DNA of 64,000 nt. Source: Alphaproteobacteria bacterium. Its GTDB lineage: Bacteria > Pseudomonadota > Alphaproteobacteria > JAEUKQ01. The notes beneath the pieces were generated by a model. That model did no database searches. It saw nothing but the letters and a program-made list of their open reading frames with translations, and was not told the DNA's origin. The translations under genes were made by a program, and so were the position numbers. Below, piece after piece: positions 31,455-41,183 of the stretch (position 1 is its first letter; every line of letters begins with the position of its first letter). Location: the NCBI GenBank assembly GCA_016794225.1, contig JAEUKQ010000003.1, positions 10,215-74,214 on the forward strand. The letters run 5' to 3'.

Positions 31455-32681
31455 TTACCACTTTTTTTCAACCCGCTGACGAATAATGATAGCCAACAAA
31501 TTCATCATAATTAAAAATACAATTAAAACCAGAATTGCTGCGTATGTTTTTTCCACAAAAGCTGTTTCTTGTAAGTCAGACCACATAAAGATTTGCGCTG
31601 GAAGAACGGTGCTTGGGTCTGTAAAGCCACTTGGAATATCAACAATAAAAGCAATCATGCCAATCATCATGAGCGGTGCTGTTTCACCCAGAGCTCTTGC
31701 CATACCAAGAATTGTACCCGTTAATATTCCTGGTAACGCTAACGGAAAAACATGATGCCATATGACTTGCGCGTGTGAAGCCCCAACAGCTAAAGCAGCC
31801 TGCCTGATAGAATTTGGAATTGCACGTAAAGAAGCCCTTGCTGCAATAATAATTACAGGCAAGGTCATCAATGCAAGTACCATGCCACCAACTAAAGGCG
31901 ATGAACGGGGTAACCCAAAGATACCTAGAAAAACCACAATCCCCAGTAAACCAAAAATAATCGATGGAACGGCGGCCAGGTTGTTGATATTGATTTCAAT
32001 TAACCGACTTAGAAAGTTCTTTTTAGCGAATTCTTCCAAATACAAAGCCGCAGCAGTACCAAAGGGAAGTGATAGTAACAGTGTAATGATCATGGTTAGG
32101 AAACTGCCCATAATGCTTCCCCAAATGCCTGCTTCTTCAGGTTCACGGCTGTCGCCACTCTGCCAGAACGAAGTATCAAATGCCCGGTTAATTTTCTCTT
32201 GTGTTTCTAAGGCTGCTATCCATTGTTGCTGGTTGGCGGTTAACTTACTATTATCACCCGTTGTCATATACTGGTCGATGATGGCTGACGTTGGCAATGA
32301 AACAATATAGGGCGTTGTGGGGGATGATGGCAATTTTTCTAGGGTAATTGCAAGATCATCACTTGCATGTGGAGATAGCATACGTGGCAATTCACGCCGT
32401 TGTTGAGGGGTTGCAGTAATTTCTAAATTTTTTTCAAGCAATTGTCGGGTTAAAAGTCGGTAGTCCGGGTTACTTTCTTTGAACGACGAACTTTGTAAGT
32501 CTGCGGCGTTAATCTCAAGGTCTATATAATGGTGAAAAAAAGCAGGCCATGCCTGGTAAAAAATATGCCCTACCAAAAATGTCAGAAAGGTGATGGGGAT
32601 AGCTAGGCTTAAAAAGGTTACAAAGCGGAACCGTTTTTCACGTGACAAGCGTTTCTTAAGATGTTTTTTGGGATTAGTCAT
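31455..32681 (-). CDS. pstA: Phosphate ABC transporter permease PstA
   Basis: 408 aa. Long N-terminal extension as in Rhizobiales PstA. C-terminal permease with an EAA-like loop. Confidence 0.9.
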   Translation of the reverse strand: MTNPKKHLKKRLSREKRFRFVTFLSLAIPITFLTFLVGHIFYQAWPAFFHHYIDLEINAADLQSSSFKESNPDYRLLTRQLLEKNLEITATPQQRRELPRMLSPHASDDLAITLEKLPSSPTTPYIVSLPTSAIIDQYMTTGDNSKLTANQQQWIAALETQEKINRAFDTSFWQSGDSREPEEAGIWGSIMGSFLTMIITLLLSLPFGTAAALYLEEFAKKNFLSRLIEININNLAAVPSIIFGLLGIVVFLGIFGLPRSSPLVGGMVLALMTLPVIIIAARASLRAIPNSIRQAALAVGASHAQVIWHHVFPLALPGILTGTILGMARALGETAPLMMIGMIAFIVDIPSGFTDPSTVLPAQIFMWSDLQETAFVEKTYAAILVLIVFLIMMNLLAIIIRQRVEKKW

Positions 32682-34065
32682 ATTTTTGCCTGTAGCGCGC
32701 CAGAATCCATAAAGATATAATGTTTAAAACCAGGGTGATTAGAAACAAGATCAGACCCAAAGCAAATGCGGCAAGGGTTTTGGAACTGTTGAATTCCTGA
32801 TCCCCTGTTAGCAAAGTTGTAATTTGAACTGTAACGGTTGTAACTGAATCAAGCGGGTTAATGGTTAAGTTTGCAGCTAAACCAGCTGCCATAACCACAA
32901 TCATGGTTTCTCCGATTGCACGTGATATAGCCAGCAATACGCCACCAATAATTCCCGGTAGTGCTGCAGGCACCAAAACCTTGCAAATTGTCTCTGACTT
33001 TGTTGCACCTAAAGCATATGATCCGTCGCGCAGGGAAGAGGGCACGGCTTTTAAGGCGTCATCGCTAAGCGAGGCAACGAAAGGTATAATCATCATACCC
33101 ATAACAAGAGCTGCTGCCAAGGCGCTTTCAGCTGCCACATCAATTCCTAACCAATTTCCAGCGTCCCGAAGGAGTGGGGCTACAATAATAGCTGCAAAAT
33201 AACCGTAAACCACTGTGGGGATACCGGCCAGTAATTCAAGTATCGGTTTTACCAAGGAACGGTAGCGGGGCGGTAAATACTCTGTCATATAAATTGCTGA
33301 CATAAGGCCAAAAGGCGCTGCAATTCCAACCGCTATTATCATAATCATAAATGTTCCAAGAATAACTGGTATTACACCGAAAGAAGCCGAGCTTCCGGTC
33401 TGATCGGCACGAAGTGCTGTTTGTGGGCTCCATTCAAGCCCGAAAACAAAATCACTTATAGGAACACGTTCAAAGAATCGCCATGCCTCTAATACCAGGG
33501 ATGCAACAATACCAATAGTTATTGCAACCGCAACACTGGCACAAACCGCCAACAACCTTTGGGTATATTTTTCGACAATCGTCCTTGCTTTAAAATGACT
33601 GTTAATACGCCTTTTGGTGATTAGGCTGGTTAACCCAGCAGCAATTAGCATGATCATTGGTGGCAAAAATAATTGAATATTCAGCCATGTTTGTAATGTT
33701 GTTTGAAGTTTTTCTAAAAGGTCGGTTGATAATATTTCGCTAAGATTTGAAGCGGGTTTTTCAAGACTTTGTTCAATCCTTAAAATTAACGTATCTAAAG
33801 ATAATCCAGATGATTCCAAAAAACCACTTGGTAAAGTTGCTTGGATTTTTTTATACATTAACCAAGGTAAAATGGCATTACTCAGAAATAGGCTTAACAA
33901 TGCGGCAGTTATAGCCCATGTTGCAAGATATAAGCCATGATATGCCGGACGTGCCGTTAGCGGGTGTATTTTGTTTTTTTGTAAGCGTATAGCTTTCTGG
34001 CTACCCCAGTGATAGAAAACGATTGCCAAAAAAATTACCACAAACAGAAATAACACGTCCGACAA
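32674..34065 (-). CDS. pstC: Phosphate ABC transporter permease PstC
   Basis: 463 aa permease; 8-nt overlap with pstA. Confidence 0.9.
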   Translation of the reverse strand: MSDVLFLFVVIFLAIVFYHWGSQKAIRLQKNKIHPLTARPAYHGLYLATWAITAALLSLFLSNAILPWLMYKKIQATLPSGFLESSGLSLDTLILRIEQSLEKPASNLSEILSTDLLEKLQTTLQTWLNIQLFLPPMIMLIAAGLTSLITKRRINSHFKARTIVEKYTQRLLAVCASVAVAITIGIVASLVLEAWRFFERVPISDFVFGLEWSPQTALRADQTGSSASFGVIPVILGTFMIMIIAVGIAAPFGLMSAIYMTEYLPPRYRSLVKPILELLAGIPTVVYGYFAAIIVAPLLRDAGNWLGIDVAAESALAAALVMGMMIIPFVASLSDDALKAVPSSLRDGSYALGATKSETICKVLVPAALPGIIGGVLLAISRAIGETMIVVMAAGLAANLTINPLDSVTTVTVQITTLLTGDQEFNSSKTLAAFALGLILFLITLVLNIISLWILARYRQKYD

Positions 34066-34095
34066 TATCCTTGCTATATAGAATAGATAATATGA

Positions 34096-35118
34096 TTAAG
34101 GCTGATATAATTTTTGCTGTTGGATGTTATTTAATTGGCGCTGATGATCGATAGTCGGCAGGGGAACAAGACCTTTCTCGGTTAAATATCCTTCGTCACC
34201 CGTCGCACGGTCACTCGCATATTCCAGCATAAATTCGCGCAAACCTGGGATAATGTCAAAATGTTTCTTCTTGACATAAATATATAAAGGACGGGCGATG
34301 TTGTATTGACCTGCGGCGATCGTATCAAAATTGGGTGCAACATTATCTATGGCTAGCCCGTGCAAGCTATTACTATTTTCTTCAAGAAAGCTATAACCAA
34401 AAATGCCCAAAGCCTTTGGATTACTTTGAAGTTTGCGCACAATAAGGTTATCATTTTCACCGGCTTCGATATAGGCTCCGTCTTCCCGCATACTTTGACA
34501 GATACCTTGACGTTGGGCGGCGTCGGTTATCTTTACAACAACAGGAAATTTCTGGCATCCTTTATCCATAACCAATTCAACAAAAGAATCGCGGGTTCCA
34601 GAGGTTGGTGGTGGACCAAAAACTTCTATTTTATCGGCGGGTAAATTTGGATTAATTTGATTCCATGTTTTATAAGGATTAGGCACCAGTTGGCCGTTAA
34701 CCGGTACCGTTTTAGCCAATGCTAGCCATAATTCGGTCGTTGTTAAACCGAAAGATTTTTGTTGATTTGATTGGGCAATTGCAATGCCATCATATCCAAT
34801 CTTCAATTCAATAATTTCGGTAACACCGTTCTGCCGGCATAAATCTAGTTCAGAAGACTTAATAGCCCTTGAAGCGTTGACAGCATCTGGGTGTGATATG
34901 CCAACCCCCCCACACCACAGTTTTATACCACCGCCTGTTCCCGTTGACTCAACGATGGGTGTTCGAAATTTACCCATGCGTCCAAAATTTTCGGCAACCG
35001 TCGTGGTGAAAGGAAAAACGGTACTTGATCCAACAATCCGAATCTGTTCACGCCCATAAGCGTTTGTATTAAAGATTGCTAAAGATATCCCAAGAATTAC
35101 GGCATATTTTTTCATCAA
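34096..35118 (-). CDS. pstS: Phosphate ABC transporter periplasmic phosphate-binding protein PstS
   Basis: 340 aa, signal peptide, PBP-like fold (GSSTVFPF... motif). Confidence 0.93.
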   Translation of the reverse strand: MMKKYAVILGISLAIFNTNAYGREQIRIVGSSTVFPFTTTVAENFGRMGKFRTPIVESTGTGGGIKLWCGGVGISHPDAVNASRAIKSSELDLCRQNGVTEIIELKIGYDGIAIAQSNQQKSFGLTTTELWLALAKTVPVNGQLVPNPYKTWNQINPNLPADKIEVFGPPPTSGTRDSFVELVMDKGCQKFPVVVKITDAAQRQGICQSMREDGAYIEAGENDNLIVRKLQSNPKALGIFGYSFLEENSNSLHGLAIDNVAPNFDTIAAGQYNIARPLYIYVKKKHFDIIPGLREFMLEYASDRATGDEGYLTEKGLVPLPTIDHQRQLNNIQQQKLYQP

Positions 35119-35176
35119 TAAACCCCATACAATTAAAATTGATCCTAAAACATGTCTTAATGGCTAGCAGATATTT

Positions 35177-35194
35177 ATGACAATTTTATGACAA
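35177..35194 (-). promoter_or_regulatory. Pho box (PhoB binding site) in the pstS promoter
   Basis: Minus strand reads TTGTCAT-AAAA-TTGTCAT: two perfect 7-bp direct repeats with a 4-bp spacer (11-bp periodicity). Lies about 60 nt upstream of the pstS start. Matches the classical Pho box CTGTCAT-N4-CTGTCAT. Confidence 0.75.
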
Positions 35195-35203
35195 AAAATA
35201 TTT

Positions 35204-36607
35204 TTATCCAACCTTAAACTCTTGAAGGGTTGTATCAGATTCAACAGCGGGTAAACCTAATAAAAAACAGCTACCTTGTTCGGGCTTGCTATAAATTAAT
35301 AATTGACCATGATGGTGGTATAAAATTTTTTGGACTATTGCTAAACCCAATCCAGTTCCTGTTGGGTTGTGTTCGTTTTGACATCTATAAAATCTTTCGC
35401 CTAATCTTGGCAGGTCACTCGGTTGAATTCCAACGCCCTCATCTATAAAAGCCACTGTTAAAGTTGAATTTTTATTTAGCTGTTGATTGGGCGATAAAGT
35501 AAAGCCAATCCAGATATTTTTACCTGATTTGCTGTAACGAATCGCATTTTCCAACAAATTTTCAAAAACAACATAAAGCTGTTGTTCGTCACCCCATAAA
35601 TCAGGCAATTTTTCTAAATCATCCAGCCATATTAAATTACTGGGAATAAAAGAAAAAAACGGCATGTTTCGGGCAATATGAAGCTTTACCCTTGTTTTAT
35701 TAATAAGTGGCGTAAGCCCTTTGATAAGATTATCAATCAGACTGCGGGGCGAAACGGCTTTATATGTTCCTGTACCCCAATCAACTTTTGCCAATAACAA
35801 TAGGCTTGAAACAAGTTGACTCATGCGCTCAGTCTGCTGCATTAAAAGAGACAGGAAATCTTGGTGTTGGATGTTGTTGCTAAAATGTGTTTGCAGAGTT
35901 TCGCCAATGTTTCTGATAACAGCGAGGGGGGTTTGCAGTTGATGGCTGGCATTGGCAATAAAATCTTGACTTTCTTGAGCAACCATTTTTAGTGCTGTTT
36001 GATCACGTAGAGTAACAATTGTAACAAAATTATTGTTAAAAAACACCGGTATACGTTCAAGGCTAATATGCCAATAGCGGGTTTCGGGAATTGCCAGTGA
36101 AAAAGCAGCTTCGAAAACTTTTTGTTTTGTGTCCCGTATTTCCTGAAGAATTGTCAGCAAGGAAGAATGTCTTAAAAAACCAGTTATGTCTTGACCAATA
36201 AATTGGTTGGTATTGGGGTTATTTAGTAAATTAGCTGCCATGATGTTGATAAAAATAATGCGCTGCCGATCATCTAAGACCAGAAACCCAACAGGCATTT
36301 GACCAAAAATCGTATGGAATAGTTCGGTTAATGAGTGATTCGAGCTGTTTTGTGAATCATGGATAAAATTTATTTGTTGTTTCTGAATATTGGATGGCTT
36401 GAAAGTTAGCCTGCTATCTGTTTGCGCGGTTTGCCGATAGTACCCAATAAAAGAAATAAACCCACCAATAAAAATACCGGAAGCAAGAAGTACAGCGCCT
36501 GTGTTATTTTGGAAACCAAACAACCAAACTAAAAAACCCAAACCACAACTTATTAAAAAATTATAAGTGCAAAAAAGTAAAAGGTTAAGATATGATTTTT
36601 TTGGCAT
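35204..36607 (-). CDS. phoR: Phosphate regulon sensor histidine kinase PhoR
   Basis: 467 aa. Two N-terminal transmembrane helices, a PAS-like region, a HisKA H-box (ASHQLQTPL) and a HATPase_c domain. Confidence 0.9.
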   Translation of the reverse strand: MPKKSYLNLLLFCTYNFLISCGLGFLVWLFGFQNNTGAVLLASGIFIGGFISFIGYYRQTAQTDSRLTFKPSNIQKQQINFIHDSQNSSNHSLTELFHTIFGQMPVGFLVLDDRQRIIFINIMAANLLNNPNTNQFIGQDITGFLRHSSLLTILQEIRDTKQKVFEAAFSLAIPETRYWHISLERIPVFFNNNFVTIVTLRDQTALKMVAQESQDFIANASHQLQTPLAVIRNIGETLQTHFSNNIQHQDFLSLLMQQTERMSQLVSSLLLLAKVDWGTGTYKAVSPRSLIDNLIKGLTPLINKTRVKLHIARNMPFFSFIPSNLIWLDDLEKLPDLWGDEQQLYVVFENLLENAIRYSKSGKNIWIGFTLSPNQQLNKNSTLTVAFIDEGVGIQPSDLPRLGERFYRCQNEHNPTGTGLGLAIVQKILYHHHGQLLIYSKPEQGSCFLLGLPAVESDTTLQEFKVG

Positions 36608-36748
36608 TTAAGGACACATAAAAACAAGCGGTAATTTCTTTACAAACGATATGATATATTGTGTTACAATCGCGATCTATGGTATAATTAACACGTTACC
36701 AGTTAATCTCTTACATGATAAATTAAAAATTAACAAAGGATAACCCCA

Positions 36749-37651
36749 ATGAAAGTTTTATATCAGCGTTTTATGCAGGCTGTGTTTAGCGGTGCGCTGC
36801 TTCTGGCTGCTTCAACAGCCGTTGCTCAGCAATATCGCCCATGGAATAATAGTACCAGTGATTTTCAAACGATGTTTCGCGAATTAAAAGACATGATTCG
36901 CGAAGCGGATCGCGCCAACGCAGCAGATCCAATTTTTTTGGATGACCTCAATGACTTTGTCCAGCGTTATGAACGGCTAGTTTTGTCTGGTAACAACCCA
37001 TCACCTACGACAGGTTGGTCAAGAGTCGTTTTATCAGACACTTTCCGGGACGGCAATTTTACACAAAATCCTGCTTGGGTTGTTCGTTCAGGTGCCTGGC
37101 GTGTTGACAATGGCGGCAGTAACGTTGGACTTCGTTCTTCGGTTTATTCCGCTTATTCTGGTAATAGTCAAGATGTTGCTCAGGCGTTGTTAGGGGCATT
37201 ATTTCAGCAGCCAGGTCAACAAAATTTTGCTGCTCAGGTTGCCCAGATTGCTGTTGCAGCAAAAATACCTAATAGTTTTCAGCTAAAGGTTGAATTTAAG
37301 TCCAGGGCTGCTGGTGGACGGCTGGATTTTATCGTCTATAATGTTCAAAGTGCTGGTTCATATGTTATATCTTATACACCCGGCTATGATAATGGATTAC
37401 AGCTATTGCGCATTACGAATCGGGGAACAAATTTATTGGCAGGGTCCAATAACAATATTGTTCTTGAAGATGATAAGTATCATACGCTTGAACTAAACAG
37501 AGATAGTCGGGGGATGATGAACCTGCTGATCGATGGGCGGGTTGTTGCACGTGCCGAGGATAACAGCTTAAATCGTGGATTTGACAATCTAACGATCGCC
37601 AATGGCGGCGGAACATACTGGATTAAATCTGTGACAATTAACGGTCAGTAA
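36749..37651 (+). CDS. Hypothetical secreted protein (cysteine-free, beta-rich C-terminal domain)
   Basis: 300 aa with a signal peptide (AASTAVAQQ). No cysteines. N/G/S-rich predicted beta domain. Monocistronic, with its own putative promoter (TTGTGT-N18-TATAAT at about 36692-36721) and a strong terminator. Confidence 0.65.
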   Translation: MKVLYQRFMQAVFSGALLLAASTAVAQQYRPWNNSTSDFQTMFRELKDMIREADRANAADPIFLDDLNDFVQRYERLVLSGNNPSPTTGWSRVVLSDTFRDGNFTQNPAWVVRSGAWRVDNGGSNVGLRSSVYSAYSGNSQDVAQALLGALFQQPGQQNFAAQVAQIAVAAKIPNSFQLKVEFKSRAAGGRLDFIVYNVQSAGSYVISYTPGYDNGLQLLRITNRGTNLLAGSNNNIVLEDDKYHTLELNRDSRGMMNLLIDGRVVARAEDNSLNRGFDNLTIANGGGTYWIKSVTINGQ

Positions 37652-37675
37652 TTTATTTAGGCCAAATGTATTTTA

Positions 37676-37703
37676 AAAACCCGCCGGTTTTAGGCGGGTT
37701 TTT
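37676..37703 (+). terminator. Rho-independent terminator after the hypothetical secreted protein gene
   Basis: Stem AAACCCGCC / GGCGGGTTT around a short loop, followed by a T-run (aaaaacccgccggttttaggcgggtttttt). Confidence 0.85.
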
Positions 37704-37818
37704 TAGTTATTTCTCGGTGATAAATAAAAAACTTGAAAAGGTTTTATTTTAGTGCTTCTTTGAGGGAAGAAGAGGGATATAGCCGTATCAATCTTTTCTT
37801 CCGATTTACATAAGAAAC

Positions 37819-40467
37819 ATGCATAAAAACGATCAGGAATTACCTGCAACCCCAGCTCTATCGCAATATTTGCAGATAAAAAAACAGCAGCAAAATACTT
37901 TGCTGTTTTATCGCTTGGGCGATTTTTACGAAATGTTCTTTGAAGATGCCAAAAAGGCATCGGTCATTTTAGGTATAGCCCTTACCAAACGTGGCCAATT
38001 TCAGGGTCAAGACGTGCCAATGTGTGGAGTGCCGGCACATGCAGCTGATAGTTATATTGCCAAGCTGATTCAGCATGGGGAACGCGTTGCCATCTGTGAG
38101 CAAGTCGAGAACGCCGAGCAGGCCAAAAAGCGTGGTAGCAAAAATATTATCGAGCGGCGTATCGTTCGTATCATAACACCTGGAACAATTACGGAAGACA
38201 GCTTGCTAGATAACAAGCGTAATAATTATTTGGCAGCACTTATTGATAATAACGATTTATTGGCAATCGCTTGGATTGATTTGTCAACAGCGGACTTTTC
38301 GACAATTATAATTGGGAAAAATGACCTTATATCTTGGCTTGAACGAATTAACCCAAAAGAATTATTAATTCCTGATAGGCGTGACACAATTTTACCTTCA
38401 CAAATACCGGAAAATTGGCAGAAAACTTTGGTTTACCGCCCCCAAGACCGATTTGAACAAAGATCAGCCAGGGACCGGTTGCTTAAGGCATATAATACCC
38501 AATCTCTTGACGGTTTTGGGGCATTTACCGATTTAGAAATTTGTGCCGCCGGTGCCTTAATCGAGTATATTGATTTAACACAACAAGGCCAATTTCCTGT
38601 TCTAAAGCCCTTAAAAAAAGTTTTAGATCATCAGGTAATGGCAATAGATGCATTTACCTGGCGTAGTCTAGAAATCGATAAAACGCAATCAAATCGATTT
38701 GAAGGTAGTTTGCTTCAGGTTATCGACCGTAACTGTACTGCGGCCGGTGCAAGATGTCTTGCAACATGGTTAACCTACCCCCTAACAGATGTTGACCAAA
38801 TTAACCAGCGCCAATTGATTGTAGAATTTTTTGTAGCACACAAACAAATACGGGAGCATGCACGGCGGATTTTGTCAAAAATGGCAGATTTACAACGTGC
38901 TTTGTCGCGGTTGATGGTTGGTCGCGGCACACCGCGCGATTTAGGTGCAATACAAGCATCTTTGCAGCATGTTATGGTTATTCAGCAAATTTTGAATGCA
39001 ATAAGCCTACCCCAATCTTTACAACAGCTTGTTGGATCAATCAAAGATCATCAGGGATTAATTCAAACTCTCTCGAAGGCATTGAGCGCGGTTTTACCAA
39101 TAGACATAAAAGAAGGTGGTTTTATCGCGAGTGGTTATCATCCTGAACTTGACGAATGGCGCAAATTGCGTGACGGGGCAAAACAGCAGATTGTTGGATT
39201 AGAAAACCGCTACCGTGATTTAAGCGGAGTTAACAGTCTAAAAATTAAGCACAATAACATTCTTGGTTATTATATTGAAACCACAGCACTGCAGGCCCAA
39301 AAATTGTTTGAAGATTCAGCAAAAACCTTTATACACCGGCAGACTATGGCTGGGTCTGTTCGTTTTATCACATCTGAACTTAATGATTTGCAGCAAAAAA
39401 TTTTTCAATCAGCTGACAAAGTTATTGCCCTTGAAATAGAACTATTTCAAGAACTCGTTCAGCAAATAAAGAACCAGGCCGATTCTATCCAAATAACAGC
39501 TGATATTATTGCCCAATTAGATGTCTTGATATCGCTTGCCAGTTTGGCTGTTGAACAATCTTATACCAGGCCTGTTGTTGATAATAGCCTTTATTTTGAA
39601 GTCACGGAGGGGCGGCACCCCGTTGTCGAGTTTATGTTACTAAAAAATAATCAAACTTTTATTGCTAATGATTGCCATGTTAATCCGGGGCAGCAACTGT
39701 GGCTAATAACTGGTCCAAATATGGCAGGAAAATCTACCTTTTTACGTCAGAATGCATTAATCGCTATCTTGGCGCAGATTGGCTCATTTGTACCTGCAAA
39801 GAATGCTCGGATAGGTATTATCGACAAATTATTTAGTCGGGTTGGGGCAGCAGATGATTTAGCCCGCGGACAATCAACTTTTATGGTTGAAATGATCGAA
39901 ACGGCTGCAATTCTAAACCAGGCTACAGCACGTTCTTTTGTAATATTTGATGAAATAGGCAGGGGTACATCGACCTTTGATGGTCTTTCAATTGCTTGGG
40001 CGGTTTTAGAACATATGCATTCTAATGTCAAAAGCCGTTGTTTATTTGCAACCCATTATCGCGAATTGGCTAATCTTGAACAAAAACTTGCGTCGTTGCG
40101 GTGTTATTGCTTTAAACTAAAGGAATGGCGTGATAACATTGTTTTTTTACATCAACTTGTGCTTGGAGTTGCTGATCGTTCATATGGTATTGACGTTGCA
40201 CGATTGGCGGGCGTACCCAAAACGGTAACTGACCGCGCACGAAATATTCTTGTGCAATTAGAAAAAAACAATGAAAACCCCAAAAATGCTTATGTTTTGC
40301 AAGAGAAATTGCCTTTATTCCAGGAAAAAGAGAAAACACCAGCTGTCTACATTCAAACCGCACAGCCAACTATTATTGATGCGCTCATGGGAATGGATTT
40401 AAACAATCTGTCACCAAAACAGGCCTTAGACAAACTTTACGAGCTACAGAAAAAAGCGCTAGGGTAA
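37819..40467 (+). CDS. mutS: DNA mismatch repair protein MutS
   Basis: 882 aa. N-terminal mismatch-binding domain (TPALSQYLQIKKQ...), Walker A GPNMAGKST, and a C-terminal beta-clamp binding motif (QEKLPLFQ). Confidence 0.97.
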   Translation: MHKNDQELPATPALSQYLQIKKQQQNTLLFYRLGDFYEMFFEDAKKASVILGIALTKRGQFQGQDVPMCGVPAHAADSYIAKLIQHGERVAICEQVENAEQAKKRGSKNIIERRIVRIITPGTITEDSLLDNKRNNYLAALIDNNDLLAIAWIDLSTADFSTIIIGKNDLISWLERINPKELLIPDRRDTILPSQIPENWQKTLVYRPQDRFEQRSARDRLLKAYNTQSLDGFGAFTDLEICAAGALIEYIDLTQQGQFPVLKPLKKVLDHQVMAIDAFTWRSLEIDKTQSNRFEGSLLQVIDRNCTAAGARCLATWLTYPLTDVDQINQRQLIVEFFVAHKQIREHARRILSKMADLQRALSRLMVGRGTPRDLGAIQASLQHVMVIQQILNAISLPQSLQQLVGSIKDHQGLIQTLSKALSAVLPIDIKEGGFIASGYHPELDEWRKLRDGAKQQIVGLENRYRDLSGVNSLKIKHNNILGYYIETTALQAQKLFEDSAKTFIHRQTMAGSVRFITSELNDLQQKIFQSADKVIALEIELFQELVQQIKNQADSIQITADIIAQLDVLISLASLAVEQSYTRPVVDNSLYFEVTEGRHPVVEFMLLKNNQTFIANDCHVNPGQQLWLITGPNMAGKSTFLRQNALIAILAQIGSFVPAKNARIGIIDKLFSRVGAADDLARGQSTFMVEMIETAAILNQATARSFVIFDEIGRGTSTFDGLSIAWAVLEHMHSNVKSRCLFATHYRELANLEQKLASLRCYCFKLKEWRDNIVFLHQLVLGVADRSYGIDVARLAGVPKTVTDRARNILVQLEKNNENPKNAYVLQEKLPLFQEKEKTPAVYIQTAQPTIIDALMGMDLNNLSPKQALDKLYELQKKALG

Positions 40468-40510
40468 CAAGAAAATCCGACAAAAACCTAAACTCAGTTG
40501 AAAATCCAAC

Positions 40511-41005
40511 CTAATTAGGTTGCGGTACAGAAAGCTGACGTTTGTTAACGGTGCCATCTGGGTTATTGCTGCCAAAGACAAGCTCAATTGTTAATCTCGA
40601 CCACAGCTTGGAATAATCAACTTTATTAGGTATTACTATCTCAAGCACGCTTTCAACCATGCTTTTTTGACCCGAGCGTTCAGTTAATGGAACATTTACC
40701 CCAACCCCACCACCAAATTGAACATTTCCACCGGTAAATGCCCCTACACCAACTCCAATACTCGGTACAAAATGGCGATCGCCGGTATAAACCAGTTGTT
40801 GATGTTGTATCGTGGTTGATGATTGAAGAATGGATGACCCATTTTTAAGCTTAGCCTCTAAAACTGGCTGTTCATCTACCACCCGAATTAACAACGATTT
40901 TTGATCAGAGCTAAGGCTAATATTTACGGAAGGGCTGAGCGTATATTGCGATGATGATGTGCATGCACTAAGAAAAATTAAAAGAAAAAATGGTAAAAAT
41001 CTCAT
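40511..41005 (-). CDS. Hypothetical lipoprotein (Gly-rich central motif)
   Basis: 164 aa, lipobox LIFLSAC. Central GVGVGAFTGGNVQFGGGVGVNV segment. Confidence 0.55.
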   Translation of the reverse strand: MRFLPFFLLIFLSACTSSSQYTLSPSVNISLSSDQKSLLIRVVDEQPVLEAKLKNGSSILQSSTTIQHQQLVYTGDRHFVPSIGVGVGAFTGGNVQFGGGVGVNVPLTERSGQKSMVESVLEIVIPNKVDYSKLWSRLTIELVFGSNNPDGTVNKRQLSVPQPN

Positions 41006-41183
41006 GCTGCTTGCTCCGTTCTAAGCTTGTTTAGAGGAGATAATAACATGAATTATTAGTATAAACAACTTTTTCAATAGGATTTAACTATATTTTTTCT
41101 TAAAGTAAGCCATAATTTTGCCATAATTCATAATTAATGCCATTCGAGTATCAGAAATAATCGGCCAGAAACTACATAACAGC

